Shown in pieces: positions 34,158-42,733 of a DNA stretch of 42,779 nt (position 1 is its first letter; every line of letters begins with the position of its first letter). This DNA is from Minisyncoccota bacterium (GTDB taxonomy: Bacteria > Patescibacteriota > Minisyncoccia > Phycocordibacterales > UBA918): contig JAIPIB010000007.1 in the NCBI GenBank assembly GCA_021734905.1, forward strand, positions 1-42,779. The letters are read 5' to 3'. The position numbers and the translations under genes are program-made. A model generated the notes under the pieces. It searched no databases. It saw nothing but the letters and a program-made list of their open reading frames with translations, and had not been told where the DNA came from.

Positions 34158-34819
34158 GATGCAATAAACCCACAATGGGGTATCGTTCGAATCACTTCCT
34201 TTCTTCCAAGCTTTCTACGTAAATTTAATATATGAACATTAAGTGCTGCTGAATAGTCTTGTATTTCATCATTTATATACATGCGTAATTCGTTGGCATT
34301 TACTACTGACTGTCGGTGAAGAAAAAGATGAAACAAAATACCATATTCCGTCTTTGTGAGGTTTAATTTTTTTCCGCCTACTTCTACCTCGTGAGTGCGT
34401 ATATCCATATGTACGCCACGAGACTCTACAACTGTTCCTCTAAATAAACGCTCGAGATTTTTCTGAACAAGATTCTTGAGTCGCGCAAATAATTCCTCCT
34501 TCATAAAAGGAACCTGCACACAACCATCGACGCCAGCATCAAGCATTAGCCCGCGATACGTAGCTTCTTCATTCTTTCCAACAATAAGAAAAATCGGGAC
34601 TTTAACCAGTTGCTGAATTTGCTCAACGACGTAAACGTCATCTTTATCTCCCTTACTTTGCGTAATATCAAGAATAACTATATCAGCTCTAAATGCCTTA
34701 AGTTGCGTCTGGTAATCATCAAGAAATGACACCTTGTGAAAAATATAATTTGCCGCTGGCATATATTTCTCCACCAAAGACCCACCACCTTTGTACAATA
34801 TACAAATTCTCATCACCAT
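34142..34819 (-). CDS. OmpR-type winged-helix regulator with atypical (pseudo-)receiver domain
   Basis: C-terminal LTKTEYGILFHL...IRTIPHCGF trans_reg_C motifs. The receiver lacks the N-terminal acidic pair (ICILYKGGG) and the conserved Lys (DGCVQVPF); the Asp in VILDIT is present. Confidence 0.75.
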   Translation of the reverse strand: MVMRICILYKGGGSLVEKYMPAANYIFHKVSFLDDYQTQLKAFRADIVILDITQSKGDKDDVYVVEQIQQLVKVPIFLIVGKNEEATYRGLMLDAGVDGCVQVPFMKEELFARLKNLVQKNLERLFRGTVVESRGVHMDIRTHEVEVGGKKLNLTKTEYGILFHLFLHRQSVVNANELRMYINDEIQDYSAALNVHILNLRRKLGRKEVIRTIPHCGFIASEQPV

Positions 34820-34912
34820 ACTGTACCAAGACTCAATAAAGTTACCTCTGAGAAAAGATAAGATCTTTATAAAATTTTAAAATAGAATCTACTAAATTCA
34901 GCATAAGACAGT

Positions 34913-34941
34913 TTACACTCTCGACGAATACATCTATAATC
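34913..34941 (+). promoter_or_regulatory. Near-consensus sigma70 promoter positioned for a leaderless regulator mRNA
   Basis: TTTACA (34913-34918) - 17 nt - TATAAT (34936-34941), only 6 nt before the ATG at 34948; no SD. Confidence 0.5.
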
Positions 34942-34947
34942 AAATCA

Positions 34948-35616
34948 ATGCGTGCTCTTGTAATTGAAGACGAAGATGGAATAGCACAGCTCCTAAAAGC
35001 TGGACTTGAATCAGAATACTTTGTAGTAGATATTGCAGAAGATGGAGAGAAAGGTTCATTTATGGCAAGGACAAACGAATATGACATTATCATACTCGAT
35101 AATATGCTTCCTAAAAAAAATGGGGCTTTGGTATGTGAGGAAGTCCGTAGTACTGGAAAATCAACACCAATCATTATGCTTTCTGTTCAATCTGAAATGC
35201 ATACAAAAGTCGAACTTTTAAATAAAGGTGCTGATGATTACCTTACGAAACCATTCTCATTTGAAGAGCTCATGGCACGTGTCCGAGCCCTTCTTCGTCG
35301 TCCAGTGACTTTCTCACCAGAAATTCTCGAAGTCGGTGATGTTGTTATGGATACAAAAAAACATACTATTCATAAAGGTAAAGATGAATTACGTCTCACG
35401 AAAAAAGAATTCATGCTTCTTGAATTATTACTTAAGCGTAAAGGCGCTGCAGTCTCACGAGGAACAATTATTGAACATGTGTGGGACATGAATGTTGATC
35501 CATTTTCAAATACTGTTGAGTCACACATTTTAAATATACGCAAAAAAATTTCCCCAAAAGGGACAGAGGCATATATTCAGACCATTCCTGGAATTGGATA
35601 TAAGATTGATGCATGA
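34948..35616 (+). CDS. OmpR/PhoB-family response regulator (canonical receiver)
   Basis: VIEDED, IIILDNMLP, IMLS, YLTKPF receiver residues; winged-helix LTKKEFMLLELL...IQTIPGIGY. Confidence 0.9.
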   Translation: MRALVIEDEDGIAQLLKAGLESEYFVVDIAEDGEKGSFMARTNEYDIIILDNMLPKKNGALVCEEVRSTGKSTPIIMLSVQSEMHTKVELLNKGADDYLTKPFSFEELMARVRALLRRPVTFSPEILEVGDVVMDTKKHTIHKGKDELRLTKKEFMLLELLLKRKGAAVSRGTIIEHVWDMNVDPFSNTVESHILNIRKKISPKGTEAYIQTIPGIGYKIDA

Positions 35617-35635
35617 ATTTTGTAACTTGTTGTAC

Positions 35636-35663
35636 AAATTTTATTTTATCAAAATTTTATTTT
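35636..35663. repeat. Two AAATTTTATTTT copies 16 bp apart, upstream of the methyltransferase operon
   Basis: 35636-35647 and 35652-35663. Confidence 0.6.
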
Positions 35664-35730
35664 GAACTCACTTCATAATTATTTTTTATTCATGAGAATA
35701 AGAAGTTGTTTTTTATATAGTTATTATTGG

Positions 35731-35744
35731 GGCACATGTGTGCC
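35731..35744. promoter_or_regulatory. GC-rich near-palindrome GGCACA-TG-TGTGCC in an AT-rich leader
   Basis: Read directly; lies between a TATATAG -10-like element and the SD AAGAGGTG. Confidence 0.35.
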
Positions 35745-35773
35745 TAGTTCTTCAATCAAAAAGAGGTGACCAC

Positions 35774-36532
35774 ATGTCTCAAAAATTTGTGCAAAGTGAC
35801 TGGGAAGAATACGCACGTTGCTATGATTCCCTTCTCAATCTAACCCCCTATCAGCATATGCTGGAGAGAGTTGCTCGTAATGTTCGAACTACGCAACATT
35901 ACACAATACTCGACGCATCATGCGGAACTGGTAACTTTGAAAAAGTCTTCTGCGAAAGCAGCGATCAAAATTTTCAAATAACTGGAATCGATAGGGCAGG
36001 TGCCATGCTTGAACGGGCAAGAAAAAAATGTGCTTCTTGGCCACATTGTTTTTTCGCAGAAACAGACCTCAATCAGAATCTTGATTTTGAGGATGAATCA
36101 TTCGGACAGGTAGTGAGCATCAATACGCTTTACGCAGTAAAGAATCCTGAAACAACGCTTCGAGAGTTCTTTAGGGTCCTTGTGCCTGGTGGTGTGCTGT
36201 TCCTCGTCACACCAAAATATGGCTATGAGAATGGCCTTATCCTTAAGGAGCACTGCAGGAGCAGTAAACCCGATTCGTACTGGGTTGATGTTCACCAGAG
36301 CCCCGAGAGAGAAGAGAAACTTATTCGAGAAGCTTTAGATGATGAAGTTGCGATCACTGACATGCTCACTATCGCTCGCTTCAATCGTTCAATTGCTTCA
36401 GAAGATACGTTTCACTTCTACTATCAAGAAGAGCTCAAGACTGTACTTGAGAAGGTTGGACTTGCGGTAAAAGAAGTTTCATACGTCTATGCTCACCAAG
36501 ACATCTTTGCCATTGCGCAGAAGGAGACCTAA
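35774..36532 (+). CDS. Class I SAM-dependent methyltransferase
   Basis: ILDASCGTGNF motif I, post-I GIDRAG, VVSINTLY, PGGVLFL. Start set at MSQKF (SD AAGAGGTG). Confidence 0.85.
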   Translation: MSQKFVQSDWEEYARCYDSLLNLTPYQHMLERVARNVRTTQHYTILDASCGTGNFEKVFCESSDQNFQITGIDRAGAMLERARKKCASWPHCFFAETDLNQNLDFEDESFGQVVSINTLYAVKNPETTLREFFRVLVPGGVLFLVTPKYGYENGLILKEHCRSSKPDSYWVDVHQSPEREEKLIREALDDEVAITDMLTIARFNRSIASEDTFHFYYQEELKTVLEKVGLAVKEVSYVYAHQDIFAIAQKET

Positions 36533-36534
36533 AC

Positions 36535-37266
36535 ATGCAGCTCACACCGATTGGCCAAAGGGATCAGGGGATCCAAATTGCACAGCCAGTGCAACCGGCG
36601 CAAGCCGAATCCTCAACAAGTTCAAAAAAAGTTACTCTTTCGATAGCCCGTGAAGGAGAATCTCTTCTTGATTTTAGAAAACTCGTCTATGAGCAGTACG
36701 CAAAGCGAGGATGGCTTGATATGTCACAGTATCCAAACGGAATCGTTACTGATGAGTTTGACACCACAAGTGATGCGCTCGTCATACGTTCCAATGAGGA
36801 AATTGTTGCCGGCATGCGTATTGTTCGAGATGGCGGCAACGGCTTCCCTCACGAGGAAGAGCTCCAGATCACAAAACTCATCACTGAAGCAGCTCAAGGA
36901 AGCGACGCACTGAAGCTTCTCGCGCGCACCCCTCGAAGTCGCATGGCAGAAATAACGAAGGTTGTCGGAAAAAAGAGACAACGAATGCTCACCTTCGACA
37001 TCATTAAGTGTCTCTACTGGTATGCGAAAACGAGTGGAGTAGATCTCTATGTCATGGTCATCGATATGGATTTCTTCGTCCTCTGCGACACACTCGGCAT
37101 CCCCATAAGTCCGGTTGGAACGCCCGTGTACTGTGAAGGAAGTTGGACTATTCCAGCCATTACACAACCGTCGCGTTATGAGCGCGAGATTTCCAAAAAA
37201 AGTCCCCAGGGTTGGTCATATATCGCCATACCTGACAATTTGGATACTACGTGGACAGTCCACTAG
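36535..37266 (+). CDS. LuxI/FeeM-fold GNAT N-acyltransferase (N-acyl amino acid synthase / autoinducer-synthase-like)
   Basis: FRKLVYEQYAKRGW, TDEFD, VAGMRIVRD, AEITKVV, YVMVIDMDFF..LGIP pattern resembles the Acetyltransf_5 / autoinducer-synthase-like family. SD AAGGAGA lies inside the MTase 3' end. Confidence 0.6.
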   Translation: MQLTPIGQRDQGIQIAQPVQPAQAESSTSSKKVTLSIAREGESLLDFRKLVYEQYAKRGWLDMSQYPNGIVTDEFDTTSDALVIRSNEEIVAGMRIVRDGGNGFPHEEELQITKLITEAAQGSDALKLLARTPRSRMAEITKVVGKKRQRMLTFDIIKCLYWYAKTSGVDLYVMVIDMDFFVLCDTLGIPISPVGTPVYCEGSWTIPAITQPSRYEREISKKSPQGWSYIAIPDNLDTTWTVH

Positions 37267-37287
37267 TCCAGAATGTTTTTGTTCTTT

Positions 37288-37318
37288 GAGTACGCATGTG
37301 TTTATGCGTACTCTTTTC
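37288..37318 (+). terminator. Intrinsic terminator of the MTase-acyltransferase operon
   Basis: GAGTACGCAT (37288-37297) / ATGCGTACTC (37304-37313) followed by TTTT. Confidence 0.8.
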
Positions 37319-37354
37319 TAAGTACTTTTATGTAACTGAATTCTTAATCTAAAC

Positions 37355-37759
37355 TTAATCAAACTCAATTTCGAAATTATACATTCCCATCGAACATAAA
37401 CCCTGTAGCTTTGTACCTACTGTTTGCGGTGGGACCTCAATCTCAGTTACACCAGATTGTGGCAAATTCTTTTGATAATTAATCGATGGAATTACTAGAG
37501 CAGACGAACAGTCAAAAGTTCCGCTAGTTTTCATACGAATTGTTGTCGGCAAACCTGCTTGGGCAACACTTTTCCTCGGTGAATACCCACCTCGTGCAGT
37601 AAGATCTATAATTTGCTTTCCTTCTACAACGGAAACATTATTTACCTCTCCTTGTGCCTTATTGGCTTGATCATCGCCACCCCTAGTACCCCAAGATAAT
37701 ATAATTACAGACCCAATAATACCCACTCCTAAAATAACTGCTATTACTGTTGCATTCAT
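37355..37759 (-). CDS. Single-TM cupredoxin-like domain protein (metal-handling accessory)
   Basis: N-terminal TM; C-terminal GLCSMGMYNFEIEF resembles Cupredoxin_1-type proteins; 4-nt overlap with the upstream permease gene. Confidence 0.55.
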   Translation of the reverse strand: MNATVIAVILGVGIIGSVIILSWGTRGGDDQANKAQGEVNNVSVVEGKQIIDLTARGGYSPRKSVAQAGLPTTIRMKTSGTFDCSSALVIPSINYQKNLPQSGVTEIEVPPQTVGTKLQGLCSMGMYNFEIEFD

Positions 37760-38799
37760 AAACTAAAAACTGGTGCTATTACCCCAATTGTAACAAAACT
37801 ATTAATAATATTCATCAATGCAAAAGAAATGACAACAAGTCCAGCTGTCTTGAAGAAGACTCCTGCATATTTACTATTTTGAATACTCATAGAGCTGAAG
37901 CTGATAAGTGCAAGTACTGGCAATGTCCCAAGAGCAAAAACAAACATAGTCATTCCCCCATTGAAAAACCCTCCTGACGAAAGCGTATAAACCTGCATCG
38001 ACTGTGTAAAACCACAAGGCAGGAAGAACGTAACAACACCAACCAAGAAAGGAGTGAACGAGTGGTTGAACTTAGAAATCGAAAGTGCATGGTTCGATAC
38101 AAACCGGGGCATCGATAGTTGGAATGCTTTTGTTTTGTGGAATATATCAAGAAGGTTAATTCCTAATATAAGCATCACAATTCCAATCACTATCCCAAGT
38201 ACAAATGAAGCATTGGTACTGAGAGTGAATGCTGTACCAATGAGTCCAATTACACCACCCAAAAGAAAGAATGATACAAGTCTTCCGACATGAAACAGAA
38301 CCTGTGGTTTGGTATTACTTCCATCTTTGGCAAAAGTTGCAGACATCGAAAGCAGCAATCCGCCAACTACTGCCATACAGGTCGAAAGTGAGGCCACAAC
38401 ACCAATAATGAAGACCGTGCTGAAGGAAACTTCTCCAGCGCCAATCAAGTTCACAATGCCCATCTTTTGGAGAGCAATAAAGAAAGCAACGAAACCAACA
38501 GCGAGCGGTATTGCCAAATTGAAATCTTTCCAATCCCGAACATTTCTTTTTTGTTCGAGACTCACTGTATATCCATGTTTTGTAAGCTTTGCTGTAAGAT
38601 TTTCGACTATCTCACGCATATTAGCTCTCCCAAATTCACCGGAAATTGTCACAGTATCATTTGAAAGACTTACATCTACAGTCTTAACATATTCAATTTC
38701 TTTTAATTCATCTTCAATAAGATGCTCACATGCCTTGCAATGCATCCCCGACACATGGAACGTATATGTGCTTTTTTTTAATTGTCCGTTAAGATTCAT
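37756..38799 (-). CDS. HMA domain fused to a DsbD_2/TauE-like metal permease
   Basis: FHVSGMHCKACEHL HMA motif; membrane domain with LSTCMAVVGG and FFLPCGFTQS. Confidence 0.7.
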   Translation of the reverse strand: MNLNGQLKKSTYTFHVSGMHCKACEHLIEDELKEIEYVKTVDVSLSNDTVTISGEFGRANMREIVENLTAKLTKHGYTVSLEQKRNVRDWKDFNLAIPLAVGFVAFFIALQKMGIVNLIGAGEVSFSTVFIIGVVASLSTCMAVVGGLLLSMSATFAKDGSNTKPQVLFHVGRLVSFFLLGGVIGLIGTAFTLSTNASFVLGIVIGIVMLILGINLLDIFHKTKAFQLSMPRFVSNHALSISKFNHSFTPFLVGVVTFFLPCGFTQSMQVYTLSSGGFFNGGMTMFVFALGTLPVLALISFSSMSIQNSKYAGVFFKTAGLVVISFALMNIINSFVTIGVIAPVFSL

Positions 38800-38807
38800 A
38801 TTATGTA

Positions 38808-41090
38808 TTATAGTTTTTTAGATTTTAAACGAAGTGCGTTCCCTACAACAGATACACTACTGCCTGCCATTGCTAGTCCAGCAAACACTGGGTTGAGAAC
38901 AATTCCCCAAAATGGGTATAGTAACCCAGCTGCTACTGGGATTCCGACGATATTGTAAATAAACGCCCAAAAAAGATTCTGTTTCACCGTTCGTAACGTC
39001 AATTTGCTCAACTTGATTGCTTTAGCGATCTTTGAAATATCTCCATGGAGTAACGTAATTCCTGCGGATTCAATTGCAATATCAGTCCCTGTTCCCATCG
39101 CAATGCCAACATCTGCTTGAGTCAATGCCGGAGCATCATTAATCCCATCACCTGCCATAGCAACTATATGACCATCTTGTTGTAGTGACTCAACTTTACT
39201 TGCTTTTTCATGTGGCAATACTCCGGCGATGACAGTCTCGATTCCGACCTGGTTACCAATATGTCGCGCTGCGCGCTCGTTATCTCCGGTAAGTAAAATC
39301 ACATTGATACCCATACCTCGTAACGTCTGAACCGACTCTTTAGCAACATCTTTAAGTGTATCGGCAAGAGCAATATACCCAGCCTTCTTTTTATCTATAA
39401 ATACTACCACTACTGTCTTTCCCTCTTCTTCAAGGGTGGTAAGTTTTGAGTCCTTACTATTTTTTTCTGGTTTTGAAATCATTACGTGCACCCCCTCCAC
39501 ATTTGCCTCGACACCAATTCCCTCATGCGCAATAAATGCGTCGGCTTTTGATAATTGATTTCCGCTCTTTTTAGCATATGTCACAATTGCTTCAGCCAGT
39601 GGATGTTCGGACATTTTCTCTATGCTTCCAGCATAGAGAACAACCTTTTCTTCTGTATAGGATGGATCAAGCACCACAACATCCGTTACTTCAGGTACAC
39701 CCTTCGTAATAGTTCCTGTCTTGTCCATCACTATAGTATCTACTTTAGAAAGCATCTGGAGACTCTCCGCATTTTTAACTAAAATGCCATTTGAGGCTCC
39801 TTTTCCCACTCCGACAATAATCGCTGTTGGTGTCGCAAGACCGAGTGCGCACGGACACGCGATTACGAGTACACCAACAAAAGATAGAATGCCGTAAGAA
39901 ATAGCTGCCGACGATCCTATTAATGGAATGCCTATAAGGAGCCATGCGAGAAGTGACGAAAATGCGATCACGAGCACGACAGGAACAAAGACGCTCGAAA
40001 TTTTATCGACAAGAGCTTGTATCGGGGCCTTGCTACCCTGCGCCTCTTCTACCATACGAATGATATGAGCAAGCAACGTATCAGACCCAACCTTGGTCGC
40101 TGTGTAGGTAATACTTCCTTGTTTATTTATCGTAGAGCCAACAACCACATCTCCAACTTTTTTATCGACGGGAATAGATTCACCGGTAATCATCGATTCA
40201 TCAATCGCAGTATCGCCGGTGAGAATTTTTCCATCAACGGGGATCTTTCCTCCGGGTTTTACAACAATAACGTCACCGACAATTACCTCAGAAATAGAAA
40301 TTTCTATTTCTTTTCCATCGCGAATCACTAATGCTGTCTTTGCTTGGAGTGCGAGTAATTTTTCTATCGCCTCTCCGGTTTTTTGCTTTGACCGCGTTTC
40401 TAGATACTTCCCAATAGTTACAAAACCGATCACTACAATAACAACATCAAAATACACAAATTCAGGAAGTGAAAAAAGCTCACGCACCTGTGGCACAAGT
40501 GTCAGAATTGTACTGTAGGTAAATGCCGTGAGAGTACCGATACCGATGAGTGTATCCATGTTTGCGACACGATACTGCACAAAACGAGTCACCCCATCTA
40601 TAAATGGCTTCCCAACCCAAAACATCACCGGCACTGCGAGCACCATTGAAATGATATTGAAAAGTTCCATTGACACTGGCAAATTTGGAATCTGAGAAAA
40701 TGTACGAGCAGTAATGTCCCACATCATAATCACAAACATAAAGAGTGCGAGTGGGAGTGCAAATTCTGCTTTTGTCTTGTAGGCTTGTAGTTCTCGCTCT
40801 TTTGTAGTTTTTGACTGTGTGAAACCAAGATGTTCAGAATGATCCGTTCCAGACATTTCATTCGATCCTCCTTGAGGCATATCTTCCACAATCGTATAGC
40901 CAAGTTTTGTTATCTCCTCGTTCATACTTGCAACAGTTACTTTAGTCTCGTCAAAATCTATCACTGCCTTTTCCGTAGCAAAATTTACTTGCGTACTTTC
41001 TACTCCCTCGAGTTTTCCAAGTTTTTTGTCAATAATAGCGGCGCAGCTGGCGCAGTGCATTCCTTCAATTCTATATATTTTTCCTTCCAT
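38808..41090 (-). CDS. copA: Copper-translocating P1B-type ATPase
   Basis: GMHCASCA HMA, TGES, CPC, DKTGTIT, GDGINDAP. Confidence 0.95.
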   Translation of the reverse strand: MEGKIYRIEGMHCASCAAIIDKKLGKLEGVESTQVNFATEKAVIDFDETKVTVASMNEEITKLGYTIVEDMPQGGSNEMSGTDHSEHLGFTQSKTTKERELQAYKTKAEFALPLALFMFVIMMWDITARTFSQIPNLPVSMELFNIISMVLAVPVMFWVGKPFIDGVTRFVQYRVANMDTLIGIGTLTAFTYSTILTLVPQVRELFSLPEFVYFDVVIVVIGFVTIGKYLETRSKQKTGEAIEKLLALQAKTALVIRDGKEIEISISEVIVGDVIVVKPGGKIPVDGKILTGDTAIDESMITGESIPVDKKVGDVVVGSTINKQGSITYTATKVGSDTLLAHIIRMVEEAQGSKAPIQALVDKISSVFVPVVLVIAFSSLLAWLLIGIPLIGSSAAISYGILSFVGVLVIACPCALGLATPTAIIVGVGKGASNGILVKNAESLQMLSKVDTIVMDKTGTITKGVPEVTDVVVLDPSYTEEKVVLYAGSIEKMSEHPLAEAIVTYAKKSGNQLSKADAFIAHEGIGVEANVEGVHVMISKPEKNSKDSKLTTLEEEGKTVVVVFIDKKKAGYIALADTLKDVAKESVQTLRGMGINVILLTGDNERAARHIGNQVGIETVIAGVLPHEKASKVESLQQDGHIVAMAGDGINDAPALTQADVGIAMGTGTDIAIESAGITLLHGDISKIAKAIKLSKLTLRTVKQNLFWAFIYNIVGIPVAAGLLYPFWGIVLNPVFAGLAMAGSSVSVVGNALRLKSKKL

Positions 41091-41099
41091 AAATTTGAA

Positions 41100-41369
41100 T
41101 TACTTTCGTTTGAGCTGATACACTTTCAGAATCTCAGCAATAGCTTGTTTGTCCTTTCCTTGTTTCATCTGATGCACAACACAACTTCCCAAGTGATCTT
41201 CCATCAGTGCGTCCTCGACTCCGGAAAGCGCTCGTTTTACTGCAGAGGTCTGCGTAATAACATCAATGCAGTATGCATCTTTATTGAGCATATCTTGTAA
41301 TCCTCTCACCTGACCCTCAATGATCTTCAAGCGGCGTATCAATTTATCCTTTTCATTATTCTTATTCAT
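41100..41369 (-). CDS. csoR: CsoR-family copper-sensing repressor
   Basis: RLKIIEGQVRGL, the Cys in AYCID plus H-x3-C in EDHLGSC. Confidence 0.9.
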   Translation of the reverse strand: MNKNNEKDKLIRRLKIIEGQVRGLQDMLNKDAYCIDVITQTSAVKRALSGVEDALMEDHLGSCVVHQMKQGKDKQAIAEILKVYQLKRK

Positions 41370-41383
41370 ACGAGATATAGTCT

Positions 41384-41400
41384 ATACCCCCTAGGGGTAT
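41384..41400. promoter_or_regulatory. CsoR-type operator ATACCCC-CTA-GGGGTAT
   Basis: 7-bp GC-rich inverted arms 15 nt upstream of the csoR start; matches the known G/C-tract pseudo-palindrome style of CsoR operators. Confidence 0.7.
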
Positions 41401-41578
41401 CAAGCAAGCCTCTTTTTTGGAAGGTTGTTTATAGATATTTTATTTAAATATCTGAAATGTTTTGCGGTGCAAATATTTCACATAATCATAATATGTCAGA
41501 TATCAAAAAAAAACGCTGACATTACAACAAAAATAGCCATGACAATTAGGTCACTGAGTGTACATCTGATTTCAGAGC

Positions 41579-42337
41579 TTATTCGAGAAATTCAAGTCGC
41601 TTTACTTCAACCCCTAGTTCAGTCATTTGACCGTAAGCATGTGCTTTTTTTGCTTCGACAAATTGATCTGGTGTACATGTTGTCTGCTCTCCATCAAAAG
41701 ATGTACATGAGCTCGCTTCATCAAAAAATAGTGGTACAAAATGTCCAAGTTCACCATTTTCTTCAAAAACCAAGTGCCAGTACTCTGGATTGAGTGGTGG
41801 CGGAACACTTTTGAGTATAAATCCTTCTTTTTCAAAACTAAATTCTCGTGGTAAGTCAAATTCTCCTGGGGCACACTCGATGTTGTTAATGAACCATCCA
41901 TCGTTATGGCGCAAGAGCGTAAAGATTGCTTGACCAGTTAATTCTTTATCTTTTGCCGTGATAAGTATCCGTGATCCGTCTTGATCCTGTGATACCACCC
42001 TCCCTTTCCCTCCTTTAGGCACTACCACCTGACATAACACGGGGTCAGCCTCAGATTCTACTCGTCCTTGAGTAGCAATGAGTCTTGCTTGTAGTTCTTT
42101 ACTTAAAAATTCTTTATTCGCTAATCCAGACTGATATGGATCTGTATCTATAGCTTTTCGTGCATCGAGCCAGAGATTATAAAAATCCAAAGCAACATCA
42201 ACTGGCTCTCCTATTGCTACTGCCTGTTCAGATAATTTTTGATCTTCCTGCTTTGGTGTAGATGAGCGTGTCATAAGTACCCCTACAATAATCACAGCAA
42301 CAGCCACACCACCAAAAATAAGTATTTTTTGTTTCAT
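41579..42337 (-). CDS. Hypothetical membrane-anchored exported protein
   Basis: 252 aa, N-terminal TM helix, no confident domain. Confidence 0.6.
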   Translation of the reverse strand: MKQKILIFGGVAVAVIIVGVLMTRSSTPKQEDQKLSEQAVAIGEPVDVALDFYNLWLDARKAIDTDPYQSGLANKEFLSKELQARLIATQGRVESEADPVLCQVVVPKGGKGRVVSQDQDGSRILITAKDKELTGQAIFTLLRHNDGWFINNIECAPGEFDLPREFSFEKEGFILKSVPPPLNPEYWHLVFEENGELGHFVPLFFDEASSCTSFDGEQTTCTPDQFVEAKKAHAYGQMTELGVEVKRLEFLE

Positions 42338-42379
42338 ATGTACCTAATAGTATACATAGCAAAATAAAATAATCATATA

Positions 42380-42405
42380 AGTAAAATATCACATCATATT
42401 TTACT
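42380..42405 (-). terminator. AT-only 10-bp hairpin, weak terminator candidate
   Basis: AGTAAAATAT (42380-42389) / ATATTTTACT (42396-42405). Confidence 0.3.
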
Positions 42406-42464
42406 GTTTACGTAAATTATGGGGCCGTAGTGAACAAATTTGAAACCAGCTCTCTTATAAGAAA

Positions 42465-42686
42465 TTAGAGCTTTTCTATTTCTTTAAGATCATGGTCTGG
42501 AATATAGAGAAGGAGAATTCCAAGAACAATGCCAACTATTGACGTCCAGAATAATTCTCCACCAAAATATTCATTTTCAATAAAATCAAGAATGTGCCAA
42601 ATACCCCGCCAAACAAACACAAGGCCTACAACAATAGAGAGCGTACGGACAAAATATTTAAAATCTTTATGTTTGATTTTTTTCAT
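42465..42686 (-). CDS. Small two-TM membrane protein
   Basis: Start set at MKKIKHK; the longer ORF-track start runs into the 42734-42779 hairpin. Confidence 0.5.
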   Translation of the reverse strand: MKKIKHKDFKYFVRTLSIVVGLVFVWRGIWHILDFIENEYFGGELFWTSIVGIVLGILLLYIPDHDLKEIEKL

Positions 42687-42733
42687 ATTCAAAATAGTAA
42701 CATGCAACCACAGTACGACAAGCAGTAACGGCC

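Noticed and set aside
38309-41300. Plus-strand ORFs antisense to the copper operon (38309-38821, 40017-40518, 40830-41300), and 34842-35174 antisense to the response regulator
   Set aside because: They lie opposite genes with unmistakable motifs (CPC, DKTGT, HMA). They have low-complexity or Ser/Phe/Ile-rich translations and no ribosome-binding sites.
41401-41578. AT-rich palindromes in the spacer after csoR (AGATATTT-N5-AAATATCT; TGTCAG-N16-CTGACA) as operators or a small RNA
   Set aside because: The arms are short and AT-only, as expected by chance at this composition. There is no associated regulator or conserved copy elsewhere in the window.
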